Source: Octopus vulgaris
Taxonomy: Eukaryota
Direction of reading: 5' to 3'
NCBI GenBank assembly: GCA_951406725.2
Contig: OX597816.1
Coordinates: 131,192,001-131,256,000, forward strand
Length of the DNA stretch: 64,000 bases
Shown here: positions 22,193 through 35,353 of the stretch, piece by piece
Position numbering within the stretch: the stretch's first letter is position 1
Layout: every line of letters begins with the position of its first letter
Position numbers and translations under genes: made by a program
Notes under the pieces: model-generated
What the model was told of the DNA's origin: nothing
Databases searched by the model: none
What the model saw: only the letters and a program-made list of their open reading frames with translations

Positions 22193-24962
22193 GTAAAATA
22201 GAAAGACAGACAGACAGACAGATCGATCGATAGATCGATCTTTGTATTTTTTCTAGGATCTACCACACCTGTTCCTTCTATCATCCTATTGCACTGTACC
22301 ACACTAACCTAGAGGGATTAGAACCATTGCACAAGTTAGTTCAGTTAATATTATTTTGAAATGTTGTTGTAGAGGGCTTGATGAGAATTAATTTGACTAG
22401 TATTTTAGTAGAGGAATCTTGGAAAACTCACAGATTATGTGTTCTTATCAAAGATATTTAACCCATGACTGTTCCCTTTTTTTTTTTTTGTGAAAAATGG
22501 TATCTTGGATTACATTGATCTATGTGGAATTCCTTTTAAAGATAGTATGGTATAATTTAAGGAAGATTTGGCTACTATTTCTAGCAAGTCAGTCAACCAT
22601 GTGCCAAGTCTCTAGCTAGATCCAACAACGTTCAAGCATGTACATATGTATTTGTATGCACATACAAGGTAAGGCATCACTTAATGCTACAGGTGCAATG
22701 GTCATTTTTACTGCCTGTATGGAAATACCCACAAAGTTTGACAATATCTTTTAAACTATATTTTAGTTTGTTGTTTATAATTTACATGCATAGTGTACAT
22801 TTGAGGGTTTTTTTTACTTATATTTCAAAATTTGTTATCATTGTTGTTGTCTTACATATAATAATGCAGGAAGTGAATGGTCTTATTATTCCACTATTAA
22901 ATGAAAGCAACAGAATTCTGAAGTAAACTCAGAGCACACTTTCCCATCAGACCATGAGAGGTTATACCAATTTCCTATTTCAGAACAGTTAAGGGATTGT
23001 AAGCCATCTCAATTCCTGCATGAAATGGAATTACTGCACAGAGGAAATAACTTGTTAGATGTCAAAATTAAACAAATATTCCTCTATTCCTGGCCAAAAT
23101 GAACCAATAGTATAAGTGAGATGTGAAACATTAGACATTATGTCACTTGAGAATCTCTGAAACCAGAAAGCTGGTCATTAGGCTAAGAAGAGAATATGTT
23201 TAAGCTTATAGTTGACTGAAAAACAGGTGTTGTTTGTGATATCCTGGTGATGGTAGTTAAGTTAGAAAGCAAATCTGGAGAATTTTGTAGCTGTTATTTG
23301 AAACAAGGCTGTTAATAGGCCAAGGTAACTAATGTAGAGAAATGTAGAAAATATTGATCAACTTGTAAACACATGATAGCTAATCATTAAAATGTTCCTG
23401 TAAATACAAGCTGTGCTGTTTGATGAAATTGGGGGGGGGGGCATCAACATAGAATATTGGGATGGGTAGAGATAACAATAAATCTGTTATAGCAGTTCTC
23501 TTTTATTTTCTGTGTACCACCAGATTTGTAGACCTCTTTCAACCAAGTGGTATTGTATAATTCAAAGTAATCCAGCAGTATGTGTTCTTCCAAAGGTTGG
23601 AGACGTACAGATTCAGACTGGACAGTAATGTGTTAGAGAAAAAACTTCAACTTTCGAATTACATGATTAAAAGCAAGGTTTGCTTAAATGTGTTGTAGAA
23701 AATGTTTTAACATTGTTGGGAACAAGTAAAAGAGTATATAGTCATGTTTGTAAAGTCAAATGTGAAATTCACTGTTGTAGGAATAATGTTAAACATCCTT
23801 TTGATTGTCATACATGGCAAGGTAAATAGAAATGAAAATAACATGCATGGTATGAGAAACTGAGACATAGCAATTTGATTTCTCATTCAGCTTAAATGTG
23901 TATTGTTATTTTTGAGACTAGCTACAATAAGAATTTCATGCCAAGAGAAACTTTTTGCTTCCTTTGGTACTGATGTCTTGTTAGTAGAAAGAAAGAGGAT
24001 GAACTAGCTTGTATTCTTTTTATATAACCAAATTGGTTTGAGAGATTACTTGTCTCTGATTTGTACTAATGGCTAAAATGATATCTGGTTGCCATAAGAC
24101 CAAAACTTACCACATTACAACTAACCACTTCTCACTAGCTGTCAATCAATTCTTCTTAATCCATCCAATTACCACACTATAATCAACCCATAATATAAAC
24201 TTCTGTTCATGCCAATAAAAGAGACTCCACACAATCACTTGGCCTGCAAAACTGTAGCTCTTAAACATGCTTGAATATGAGATTAAGTAATTTTCAGTAT
24301 AGTAAATCAGAAAAGAAAACTGGTTAGCTATGGCTTGAATGCTGGTTTAGTGATGAGAGAAATATTTCTTCACACACAGATATCATCAGAATATGACAAC
24401 AGCCATGATTCTACATAGAACAGACTAATTGCAGAGGAATAGCAACTGTTGTGCTCTGAAGTGGACAACAGCAAGTATTGTTTACCTCCTTTGCTCATCT
24501 CTGTTGTGACTACCAAGGGAATCTGTGGGCATACAGAAATTTACTAAATTGTGAAATATGTGTAACGTTTTCAGGCTGTCACACAGTACCTCATGTGATT
24601 CATCACTGCATATCAAGGTATGGAATATGGTCTTCAGACTCACAAAAGACATTGTATAACACTGTTAAAACAAATCTGTGGGTAGTGCCTAGTCATACAA
24701 TCAACTATATGCATACCACCTGGGGGCTATACAACAACAACCTACTGTTTTAAATAACATTGAACAGTGTATCATTTTTGTACCTGCTACCAAACTAAAC
24801 ATAGTGTTCCAGACTATACCTGCCCCAAAGTTAAACTGATCCACAGATATTTTCTTTAACCAAACATGCATGAATGAAAAGCTGTGTTTTGATCTCTCTT
24901 TCTCACTCTTTCACATGTGTATATGTGATATATATATTGAAATTTTTCTATTTTGCTTTCAG

Positions 24963-25072
24963 GTGTTGCTTTCCGTGGCCTGCCAAATACTCCCCTATAT
25001 CCTGCAGTTTCTGCTGTATATGGTAAAACAGAAGTATCTATGGTATATTTAGGGCCACCTCTTGATGGCTGA
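24963..25072 (+). CDS. FBXO45: FBXO45/Fsn terminal coding exon
   Basis: tttcag acceptor, phase matches the previous exon. (G)[38 protein letters not shown] versus human [35 protein letters not shown]. Confidence 0.96.
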
Positions 25073-26700
25073 CCATTCCCAAATGAACTATAAATAAAAA
25101 TGGACTTAAAACAATTACTAGTTGATTAAATCTCCTTCCATGAAGTTCCAGTCCACAGTTGGCAGCTCTGGTGCAATATGATGTCTACATTAGTTCCATT
25201 CACTATGAACAGCTACATACAACCATATAACATCATTGCAAATGCTGGTGGCCCAGGAATTTTGCTGTTGGAACTAAAGGACGATAATAATGATGAGACA
25301 CAGTTTCTGTTGTTGGTTTTTCTTTTTTTTTTATTTACTCCCACTCTCCACCACTCAGCAGGAATCTGTTTGAACTTCTTGAAGCGATGATATTTCCATA
25401 ACAATTTCCATTTTTTTCTTTTTTTTTTACTTATTTATTTAAGATTTTATTTTGTTTTGTCATTTTTTTTTCTCATTCCTGAAAGTTGAAAAGAAACCTG
25501 AGTGTGGGTGTGTGTCTGATTTAATGTCATCATCATGAGTTAAATTTTGTTTTGTTTTTAATGATTATAAGAAATTTATTTACATCTATTTTTTTATTTC
25601 ATGTTTTTTTTAATCCATTTATTTATTAACCAACTCACAAAAAGAAAACACGTAAGAAATGCAACAAAATATTTATTAGGGAGACACACTAAATTATAAT
25701 ACTAGGAGGCCTAAATCTCTCCTTCTCCCCCTCTCTCTTCTCTCTCTCTCTCTCTCTCTCAATCTTTATCTCTGTTCAGAAAATTAATTTGTCACCTTAA
25801 TTCCACAGAACCCTGTCTATTTGTTACTTAAAGGTCAACAACTAATAAATGTTCATTATTAAAATAGATCAACAAAGAAGAGGTTTAAAGAGACCTCTGA
25901 ATAAACCTTTGGTCTCACTTTCATATAACTATTATAATTGTTTCATTATTTCAACATTTCCTGCATTCCATGCAAATGTCTTCTTCAATAGAACAATTAT
26001 GCAATGCTGGTCTTCATCCTATTTGCATAGAGTCTCTGCATGTGTTTGTGTATTTGTTTGTGCATGCAAGCATGCATGTGCATTTGTGTGTGTGTGTGTG
26101 CATTTATGTATGTGTGATGTTCACAGATTTTTAACTGGTTGCCTTTTTCATTAAATGACTTTGATCTGAATGACCATCCTCTATTCAGCATTAACGTGTA
26201 TTTTTAAACTGCTAGAGAGCAAAAATGAACACACAAAGAAAGAAAAAGAACAGCAAAAAGAAAGAAAAAAAGATGCAAATAACCCTTTGACTTCTACTTC
26301 AACTATCTGCTCAAAATCTGTATTAAACTTTAAAGTAATATCACTCATATCAATATTCATTCCCTGTCAGTCCTTCAGTCAATCAACACAAGTCTGATTG
26401 CTCTTCAGCAACATCCAAGTGACACATTATTTCCATCTTTCCTTTTATCTACCACTAATCTATAAACTTCTTAAATAACAACAAAAGCAACAACAACAAC
26501 AAAAAATACAAAACATGCACTAGAAAATTAGTAATATTAAAGAAAAAATATTTATACCTTATTTTCATGTATTCTTGTTTTGTAATTTTTATTTCAAAAT
26601 GCATTTATCTTTTATATCTCAGCTTATCTTCTTGCCTCTTTGTATAGTTCAATTCTGAAAGCTTAGCCAATTAACTGTTGATTCTATGAGTGTATGTATG
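25073..26700 (+). other. Probable FBXO45 3' UTR (end undetermined)
   Basis: TE-free, U-rich sequence after the stop. AATAAA near 25093, 25843 and 25900. Confidence 0.45.
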
Positions 26701-26746
26701 TATAAATACATATATAAATACTATATACATATACACATCTGCATGT

Positions 26747-26784
<38 letters not shown>

Positions 26785-26913
26785 TTATACACATACATAC
26801 ATGTTTATAGAGATATATGTACATACATATTTAGATAGATAGATAGATATGTATATACATTTGTATATGTATATATGTATATATATATATATGCATATAT
26901 ATATATATATATG

Positions 26914-26964
<51 letters not shown>

Positions 26965-27042
26965 TAGATAGATAGATATGTATATACATTTGTATATATA
27001 TAGATGTATATATATGCATATATATATGTGTGTGTGTATATA

Positions 27043-27084
<42 letters not shown>

Positions 27085-27626
27085 TATGTTAATAATTAAA
27101 GGGTATAATTAATTAATTAACCAATTTTGCCTACATTAAAAAGTGTATTATGATTCTTACTGTACTACAAAAGGAATTTTTAACTCCTATTTCTAAATTC
27201 GCTATGTGGTGAAGTGATTAGCTGACCCCTAATTATAATTACGTATATAATTATAGAATATATGCATATGTATCTCAATATATATATGAATATATATGTA
27301 TATATATATATATCTGTATGCATATGTATATATGCATACATATGTATATATATATATATATAATTAAAATCACAATAAGGGTGAAAAAAATTGAATATTA
27401 ATTAATAACATCAATTTAAAAACCAAGTGGCCTAGCGTAAAAAAACTGTGATACAGTAAAAATTATTAATACAAGTAATAAGAGAGAGACGACATGTGGT
27501 CACTCAAACGCTAGAAATAGATCCGCAAAGGAAATCCACCACTAAAGAATTGTTCTCAAGCATTAATTCAACACGCCAAGAATGTAAGCGGGCAGGACAG
27601 ATGAAAAATAACGAAAAAATAGATTA

Positions 27627-27702
27627 ACTCTATACAATTGTTTCATCGTTAATAGATTGTGTAATTTTACTTACATAATCATTTTCGAATACTCAGTAGA
27701 GT
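27627..27702 (-). ncRNA. Hammerhead-like motif with long helix II (G8U, probably decayed), in element ~27362-27770
   Basis: Minus strand: ACTCTA CTGAGTA TTCG..GATTATGTAA-gtaaaa-TTACACAATC..CGAT GAA ACAATTGT A TAGAGT. Confidence 0.65.
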
Positions 27703-27957
27703 ATATCAAAAATATAATTGGCTGTGCCATTCGCCTTTGCTCGGCTTTGCATGGATTTTGGCATTCGGTGTGTATGTGTGTGTATATATATATGTAGATA
27801 TACATATGTGTATATATATATATACATGTATCTGTATATATATATATACATCTCTCTCTCTCTCTCTCTCTCTAGATATATATATATATATATAAATATA
27901 TAGGTTTATATACACATACATTTGTATACATATATATATGTGTGTGTGAATGTATAT

Positions 27958-28190
27958 CATCATCATCATCATCATTTAATGTCCGCTTTCCATGCTAGCA
28001 TGGGTTGGACGGTTCAACTGGGGTCTGGGAAGCCAGAAGGCTGCACCAGGCCCGGTCTGATCTGGCAATGTTTCTACGGCTGGATGCCCTTCCTAACACC
28101 AACCACTCTGTGAGTGTAGTGGGTGCTTTTTATGTGCCATCGGCACGGAGGCCAGGCGAGGCTGCCAACGGCCACAATCAGATGGTGTTA
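27958..28190 (-). mobile_element. RTE-LINE-related 3' tail ending in (GAT)n (others ~770-1010, 15420-16000, 29062-29200, 53580-53695, 62611-62795)
   Basis: catcatcatttaatgtccgctttccatgctagcatgggttggacgg...ctggatgcccttcctaacaccaaccactc. The same sequence continues into the RTE copy at 30314 onward. Confidence 0.7.
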
Positions 28191-28527
28191 GTTATATATA
28201 TATATGAAACGGATTTTGTGTGTTTCTTAAATGGCCCATAAAAACCTTCCACGCTGCAATTGTTTCTGTTCCAGCACATGATCTCAGATCAGGTCACTTG
28301 CTATGCAAGTACATTTTCAAAATATATACACACACGAATAACTAGAAAAAAAACAAGAATCCACACACATATTTCTAGATATTCACAGATACTGAAACAT
28401 GTCACACATGCACAATACGACCCTCCATACATGAGTATTCTCTTGAGGAAAATATATATTTAGTGCAATTTTGAGGAGTAAATATGGATATATATGTATG
28501 AATGTGTATGGCTATATATATATGTAC

Positions 28528-28594
<67 letters not shown>

Positions 28595-28782
28595 CATATG
28601 TAAGTATATATATATGTACATATATCTATCTATCTATATATATATATATATGTATATATAAATACACACACATATATACATATGTCTAGATATGTCTATA
28701 TATGTGTATATATACATATATGTGTAAATATATATATATATGTATATACACATGTATGTATATATGTATATACATATATGTG

Positions 28783-28823
<41 letters not shown>

Positions 28824-28913
28824 GCTGCCCCAGCATGGCCACAGCTCATGAGTTTAAACTTAATAAAATAAAAATTTTTTTAAAATATATACACATATAT
28901 GTATACACACACA

Positions 28914-28965
<52 letters not shown>

Positions 28966-29277
28966 TATATGTGTGTATATATATTCACATGTGTGTGTAT
29001 ATATATATGCATGTGTATATATATGTACACATATTTGTATATATATATATATATATACATATCATCATCATCATTTAACGTCCGTTTTCCGCGCTAGCAC
29101 GGGTTGGACGGTTCGACCGGGGTCTGGGAAGCCAGGGGCTGCACCAGGCTCCAGTCTGATCTGGCAGTGTTTCTACAGCTGGATGCGCTTCCTAACGCTA
29201 ATGTATATATACATATATATATATATTTACATATGTATGTCCATATATATGTATATATATATATATATATACATATG

Positions 29278-29501
<224 letters not shown>

Positions 29502-29594
29502 GTATATATATATATATACATATGTATATATATATGTATACTATTATATATATATATATATGTATATATGTATATATATATATATATATGTATC

Positions 29595-29626
<32 letters not shown>

Positions 29627-29957
29627 TATGTATCTACATATGTATGTATATATATATCTCCATATCTATGCATATATGTGCATGTTTAGGGGAGGCCTAT
29701 GGGACTGTAGGACAAGTTGTTTTGAAAAAATTTGTTTTAAATGTTTGACAACTCAGCACCGTCCATTGGACAGGGGGCGTTTTGCTCTTACATATATATA
29801 TATATATATAATTAGACATATCTATATATATGCATATGTACATATACATATAGAAACATATGTACATAGATATATATATATAGATATATTTATGTAAATT
29901 TATTTATGTACATGTATATATATGTATATACATGTATATACATATATACTTATAAGC

Positions 29958-29991
<34 letters not shown>

Positions 29992-30163
29992 CATACATGT
30001 ACCTATATATACGTATATATACATGTATATACCTACCTGTACATCTATACATGTATATATATATATATATATACATGTATATGTATCCATATATATATAT
30101 ATATATATACATGTATATGTATCCATATATACATCTATACATATATCTATGTGTGTATATATG

Positions 30164-30198
<35 letters not shown>

Positions 30199-30253
30199 AC
30201 ATATGTATACACACATATATATATCTACGCATACGTATCTATATATACATGCA

Positions 30254-30287
<34 letters not shown>

Positions 30288-30299
30288 AAATTTATATAT

Positions 30300-31881
30300 A
30301 TATGTATATCATCTTGATCTGGCAGAGTTTCTATAGCTGGATGTCCTTCCGAACGCCAACCACTCCGAGAATGTAGCGGGTGCTTTTACGTGCCACCGGC
30401 ACGGAAACCAGTTAGCCGCTCTGGCAATGATCACACTCGGATGCTGCTCTTAGCACCCTATTAGCATGGGGCTCAAGTGCTAATAAGGTGACGCTGGTAA
30501 TGATCACACCCAAATGGTGACTTTTATGTGCCACTGGCACAGACGCCAGTTAGCTGCTCTGTCAACGATGACACTCGTATGGTGCTCTTTGCACCCTGCT
30601 AGCATCAAATTTGCCAGTCATCAAATTTAATTTTAATTTCACTTGACTCAACAGGTCTGCGCAAGCAGAGTTTAGTGTCCAAAGAAAGAAAAGGTACGCA
30701 TAAGTGGGATGGTTACGTCCAGACATAGGCCACGAGGTTATGATCTCATTTGGCTTGCCGGGTCTTCTCAAGCACAGCATATTTCCAAAAGTCTCGGTCA
30801 CTAGTCATTTCCTTGGTGAAACCTAAAGTTCAAAGGTTATGCTTCACCACTTCATCCCAGGTCTTCCTGGGTCTACCTCTTCCACAGTTTCTCTCAACCG
30901 CTAGGGTGTGGCACTTTTTCACACAGCTATCCTTATCCATTCTCGCCACATGACCATACCAGCACAGTCATCTCTCTTGCACACCACATCTGATGCTTCT
31001 TCGGCCCAACTTTTCTCTCAAGGTACTTACACTCTGTCAAGTATGCACACTGACATTACACATCCATTGGATCATACTGGCTTCATTCCTTGCAAGCTTA
31101 CGCATATCCTCAGCAGTCACAGCTCATGTTTCACTGCCATGTAGCATGGCCGTTCGTAAACATGCGTCATACAGTCTACCTTTTACTCTGAGCAAGGCAC
31201 CCTTTGTCACCAGCAGAGGTAAGAGCTCTCTGAACTTTGCTGAAGGTATTCTTATTCTAGCAGCTACACTTTCAACACACCCTCCCTCGCTACTGACTTG
31301 GTCACCTAGGTAACGGAAGCTATCAACTACTTCTAGGTTTTCTCTCTGGAATATGGCGGAAGTAGTTCTCTGCATTTTCAGTGTTTATTGCTCCCGAGCA
31401 TCTGCCACATACAAAAACTATCTTCCCAGTTAGCCTTCCTTTGATATTACTGCACCTCTTATGTGTCCATAGCTTACACTGGGTACATCTTATAGAATCT
31501 CTACTTATGCCTTTACTATAGATCGAGCAGGGCCATCTACTTGAAGACATTTGTGGTTTGCCTGCCTTCTTATTTATTAGGACATTGGTTTTAGCTAGGT
31601 TGACTCTAAGGCCCTTTGATTCTAATCCTTGTTTCCATACTGGAAACTTCTCTTCTAGTTCTGATAGTGACTCAGCTATTAGAGCAAGGTCATCAGCATA
31701 GAGGAGCTCCCAGGGGTATCCTGTCTTGAATTCCTCCGTTGTTGCCTGGAGGACTATGATAAATAGGAGGGGGCTGAGGACTGAATCTTGGTGGACACCT
31801 ACCTCTACCCTGAATTCTTCAGTGTACTCGTTGCCAACCCTCACCTTACTGACATTGTCCCTGTACATGGCTTGCACGGCT
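30300..31881 (-). mobile_element. RTE-clade LINE, 5'-truncated (RT, C-terminus and 3' UTR)
   Basis: VGVHQDSVLSPLLFIIVL, ELLYADDLAL, GLRVNLAKT, C-x2-C...C-x2-CKLWTHKRC insert, FRYLGDQVS, LYDACLRTAMLHGSET. Confidence 0.92.
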
Positions 31882-31892
31882 CTATATGTATA

Positions 31893-31931
<39 letters not shown>

Positions 31932-31992
31932 TTTGATACTTTGATAGGTTTCGGCCATTATTGGCCCAGGCCATGTCTAACTTAATAGCACC

Positions 31993-32037
<45 letters not shown>

Positions 32038-32041
<4 letters not shown>

Positions 32042-32218
32042 ATCCAAACATGAAAACACAAAGAGAATATACAACAACGTGAGGACTGGAACAAGTATAG
32101 TATTATTGGACGCTTAGGAAAGAAGGAGCTCTTTGTCAGAAACATAGGAAAAGGAAAGATCCAAAGAAGGGGAGACGGAGGAAAAAAAATCGCCAACGGT
32201 ACACACGCGGTCACATTT
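32038..32218 (-). mobile_element. Short element in (TA)n with a partial hammerhead-like 5' half
   Basis: Minus strand GTTT CTGACAA AGAGC TCC, resembling the CTGTTGA AGAGC arrangement at 8471. The GAAA half is missing. Confidence 0.35.
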
Positions 32219-32255
32219 TATATATGTGTGTGTGTGTGCATGTTTGTGTATATTT

Positions 32256-32311
<56 letters not shown>

Positions 32312-32314
<3 letters not shown>

Positions 32315-35250
32315 TTCAACCTTTCCCAGTAGCTGAGCTGTTGCAAAGAGATGATCTTTGTGAATCTTCTCTGGATTGCTTCAAGGTCTGCTGTTAATTT
32401 CACACTAGTGGGTGACCATAGCTGTGAGCAGTAATTCAGGTGACTGAGGACAAATGTCCACCAGAAGACCATCATGGTTTCCTTATCTCTGGTTCTGAAT
32501 GTTATTAGGATCCAGCCAGCCAGCCAGCCATCTGCACTTTGTCGCCATCCTGGTAATGTGCACTTGGAAAGAGGTATCATCACTCATGTCGATACCCTGG
32601 TCCCTCACTGACTTAGGCTCTGGGATTGAAATTACCTGTGGACCAGTGTACCCTGTAAGTTTCATATTCAGTTTTGAATGCTGGTAGCGCAGGGCTTGGA
32701 ATTTTTCAGCATTAAGCTGCATATTATTACCCTCAGCCCATCTGTAAATTGAGTCCAACTCCTGCTGTAGGTGTGCAACATCGCTGGAGTTCTGTATTTT
32801 CTGCAAGACTTTCGTATCATCTGCATAGCTTGCAAGGGTGGCTATCCGGGCATTTGAGGGCATATCTGAGAGGGCCACTATAAAAAGCAGTGGTCCCAAG
32901 ACAGTGCCCTGTGGAAGACTGCTCACTATTTGTGTGTTCATAGAGATGGCTCCATTAGCCACTACTGCCTGACTCCTATCTTTCAGGAAGTCATGTAACC
33001 ACTCTCCAAGTTTTCCAGCTATGCCGAGGTCACGCAGTTTGTGGCATATCATACCATGATCCACCTTGTCAAAAGCTTTTGTAAAATCAAGTTATATTAC
33101 GTCCACATTTGATTTGTTGAGTAACTGCCTAAACACCCAGTCATAATGTAAGAGCTGGGTCAGGCAGCTCCTACCTGGCCGAAAACCATGCTGGGTATCA
33201 CTCAGCAAGTTATTTTCTTCAAGGAATGCGATTAGTTTCCCTCTGACTATCCGGTATTTGACTTTGCTGATGTGTGAAGTCAGAGAGATAGACCTATAGT
33301 TTTTGGCATCTGCTCTACTTCCCCCTTTATGTATTGGGCTTATTATACCCTCCTTCAGCTTGCTTGGCAGTTTGCCATTTGTAAGAAAGCTCTGGAAGAG
33401 AATCTGGAGGGGTTTTGCCAGGGCATGCTTACATGATTTGAGGAGAATTTCTGGGAAACCATCAGGGCAGGCAGTTGAGTTTGTGTCCACTTCATCTATG
33501 GCTAGTAGTATATCTTCCTCGCTAATGTCAATGTATTCCATTGTAACTGCTCCACTGGTTATAGGTGAGGTGGCAAAGAAGTCCACTGGTTTGTTCACTT
33601 GTCTGTGTTCCAACGGGGTGGTAAAGACACTTTTGAACTGGTCATTCAGTATCTCACTGATCTTAGTTGAACTGTCTGTGAGGGAGCCATCCTTTTGGAG
33701 GAGGGGTCCTATCTTGTAGTGTACTAAGGCTGTTTCTTTCGCATAATGAAAGAAGGCCTTTGGGTTTGACTTAATGTTTTTTATAACCCAGGCTTCTTTA
33801 CTTTCTCCCTCACATAGGATTGTTGCAGCCTTTTTTTGATCTCCATCAGTGTTGTTTTTAGGCGGGACGTTTTGCTACTTTTGGGATGTTGCTGGAGTTG
33901 ATTTGCAACCTTCGTCCCTCATCTCATGAGGATCTTCCTCTCCCTTGGAATCTTGTTCCTATTTGTTTTGGCCTTGTGCTCTGGGACATATTTCTGGCAT
34001 ATGGCTTGCACAACAGACATGAAACATTCTAGTTTCATGTCAATGTCTGGTGTGGAGAGACATTTCGGCCAGTCCTCTCTGAGGATCTCTTTTTGGATCG
34101 ATTTCCAATCCGCTTTGTGGAAGTTCAGATTGGAGAAATTTCGGGTGCTTCCCTTTGGTTGTATGTCTCTGGTTGCTTTCGGCCCAAACATAGACAGCTC
34201 TATTATGTTGTGGTCTGAGACTAATGTCGGTGTCACTTTCACATCATGAATGATGTCCATATTGTTCATGAAGCAGAGATCCAGAATGTTATTCGCCTTA
34301 GTTGGTCTGATTACAGCTTGCTCCATGAATAGGGCATTGGTGAGGTTGAGCAGGGACTCCACCTGTGCTTGCTTGCAATGAGTCATTCTTGAGAGTATCA
34401 GACCTTCGGGCCATTTGACGTTGGGGAAGTTGAAATCACCCATAAGAAATATGGTCACGTGGTGTTCCAGATTCATGAGGATTTCTTTAATTCTTGTGAG
34501 GCAATCTTCAAACTTGCCTACGTGGTTTGGAGCATCTGGTGAGCAATATGTATTGCATATGACTATATTATGTTGTCTTATGTATACAATTAGAGTGTCA
34601 CATACCGAATTTGAGTATGACAGTTAAACCTGGAGTGTGAGATCATCACAGATATATACAGCAACTCAACCATGGCTCCTTTCCCTTCTGTCTGTTCGCA
34701 GTATAGCATAGTATGGTACATGTACTTCTGCATCCTCTATATCAGGGCTGAGGTGAGTTTCCACGAGTGCTATTCATAGGGCTTGATTGCATGCAGTAAG
34801 ATCTCTCAGGAAAGAAATTTTGTTTTTATTTTGATGCAACAGGCCCCCAATATTTAGTAACAGTATTGCGGTGACGACTGTACAGGCGTTAAGGAAGGCC
34901 ATCCTGTGTCTGTTGACTGTGGTGGTCTTGCATAGTGGTGGGCAAGGTTCCTTTGTTTGTGATTGGTGTAGCCAGGTTAGCTGCTGTACAATCTTTTGCG
35001 CCATGCACAAAAAAGACTCTTGCTCAGCTGCTGCATTGCTCAGAACATCTGAGGAGCACACTTCTTTTCTGAATGTTTTACTGGGAGACATTTGTTGTCT
35101 TTCCTCAGTGAAGTTTTTCTCTTTAAGGCCCCTGTAGTTCTGGCAGGGTATCGGGTGGGCAAACCGGCAGTTTTTGTCGTCCTCCCCATGCCAACATTTG
35201 CCTTGCAGGTTCTTGGGTGCTTTCCAGATTTCTTCTTTCCTGTCGGGTTT
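32312..35250 (-). mobile_element. CR1-clade LINE ORF2 (APE endonuclease + RT), frameshifted
   Basis: MGDFNFP, NILDLCF, SDHNII (APE); CPDGF, KNYRSISLTSHISKV, QHGFRPGRSCLTQLL, PQGTVLGPLLF, YADDTK, LNYCSQLWSP, LEAIQRRFTK (RT and tail). Confidence 0.93.
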
Positions 35251-35314
35251 TGTACATATATGTGTGTATATATATATGGATATACATGTGTATATATGTA
35301 TACATATATATTTG

Positions 35315-35353
<39 letters not shown>

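Noticed and set aside
22900-24800. Complex non-repetitive intronic block, possible ancient TE or hidden exon
   Set aside because: No sustained ORF, TIR or recognisable motif could be identified.
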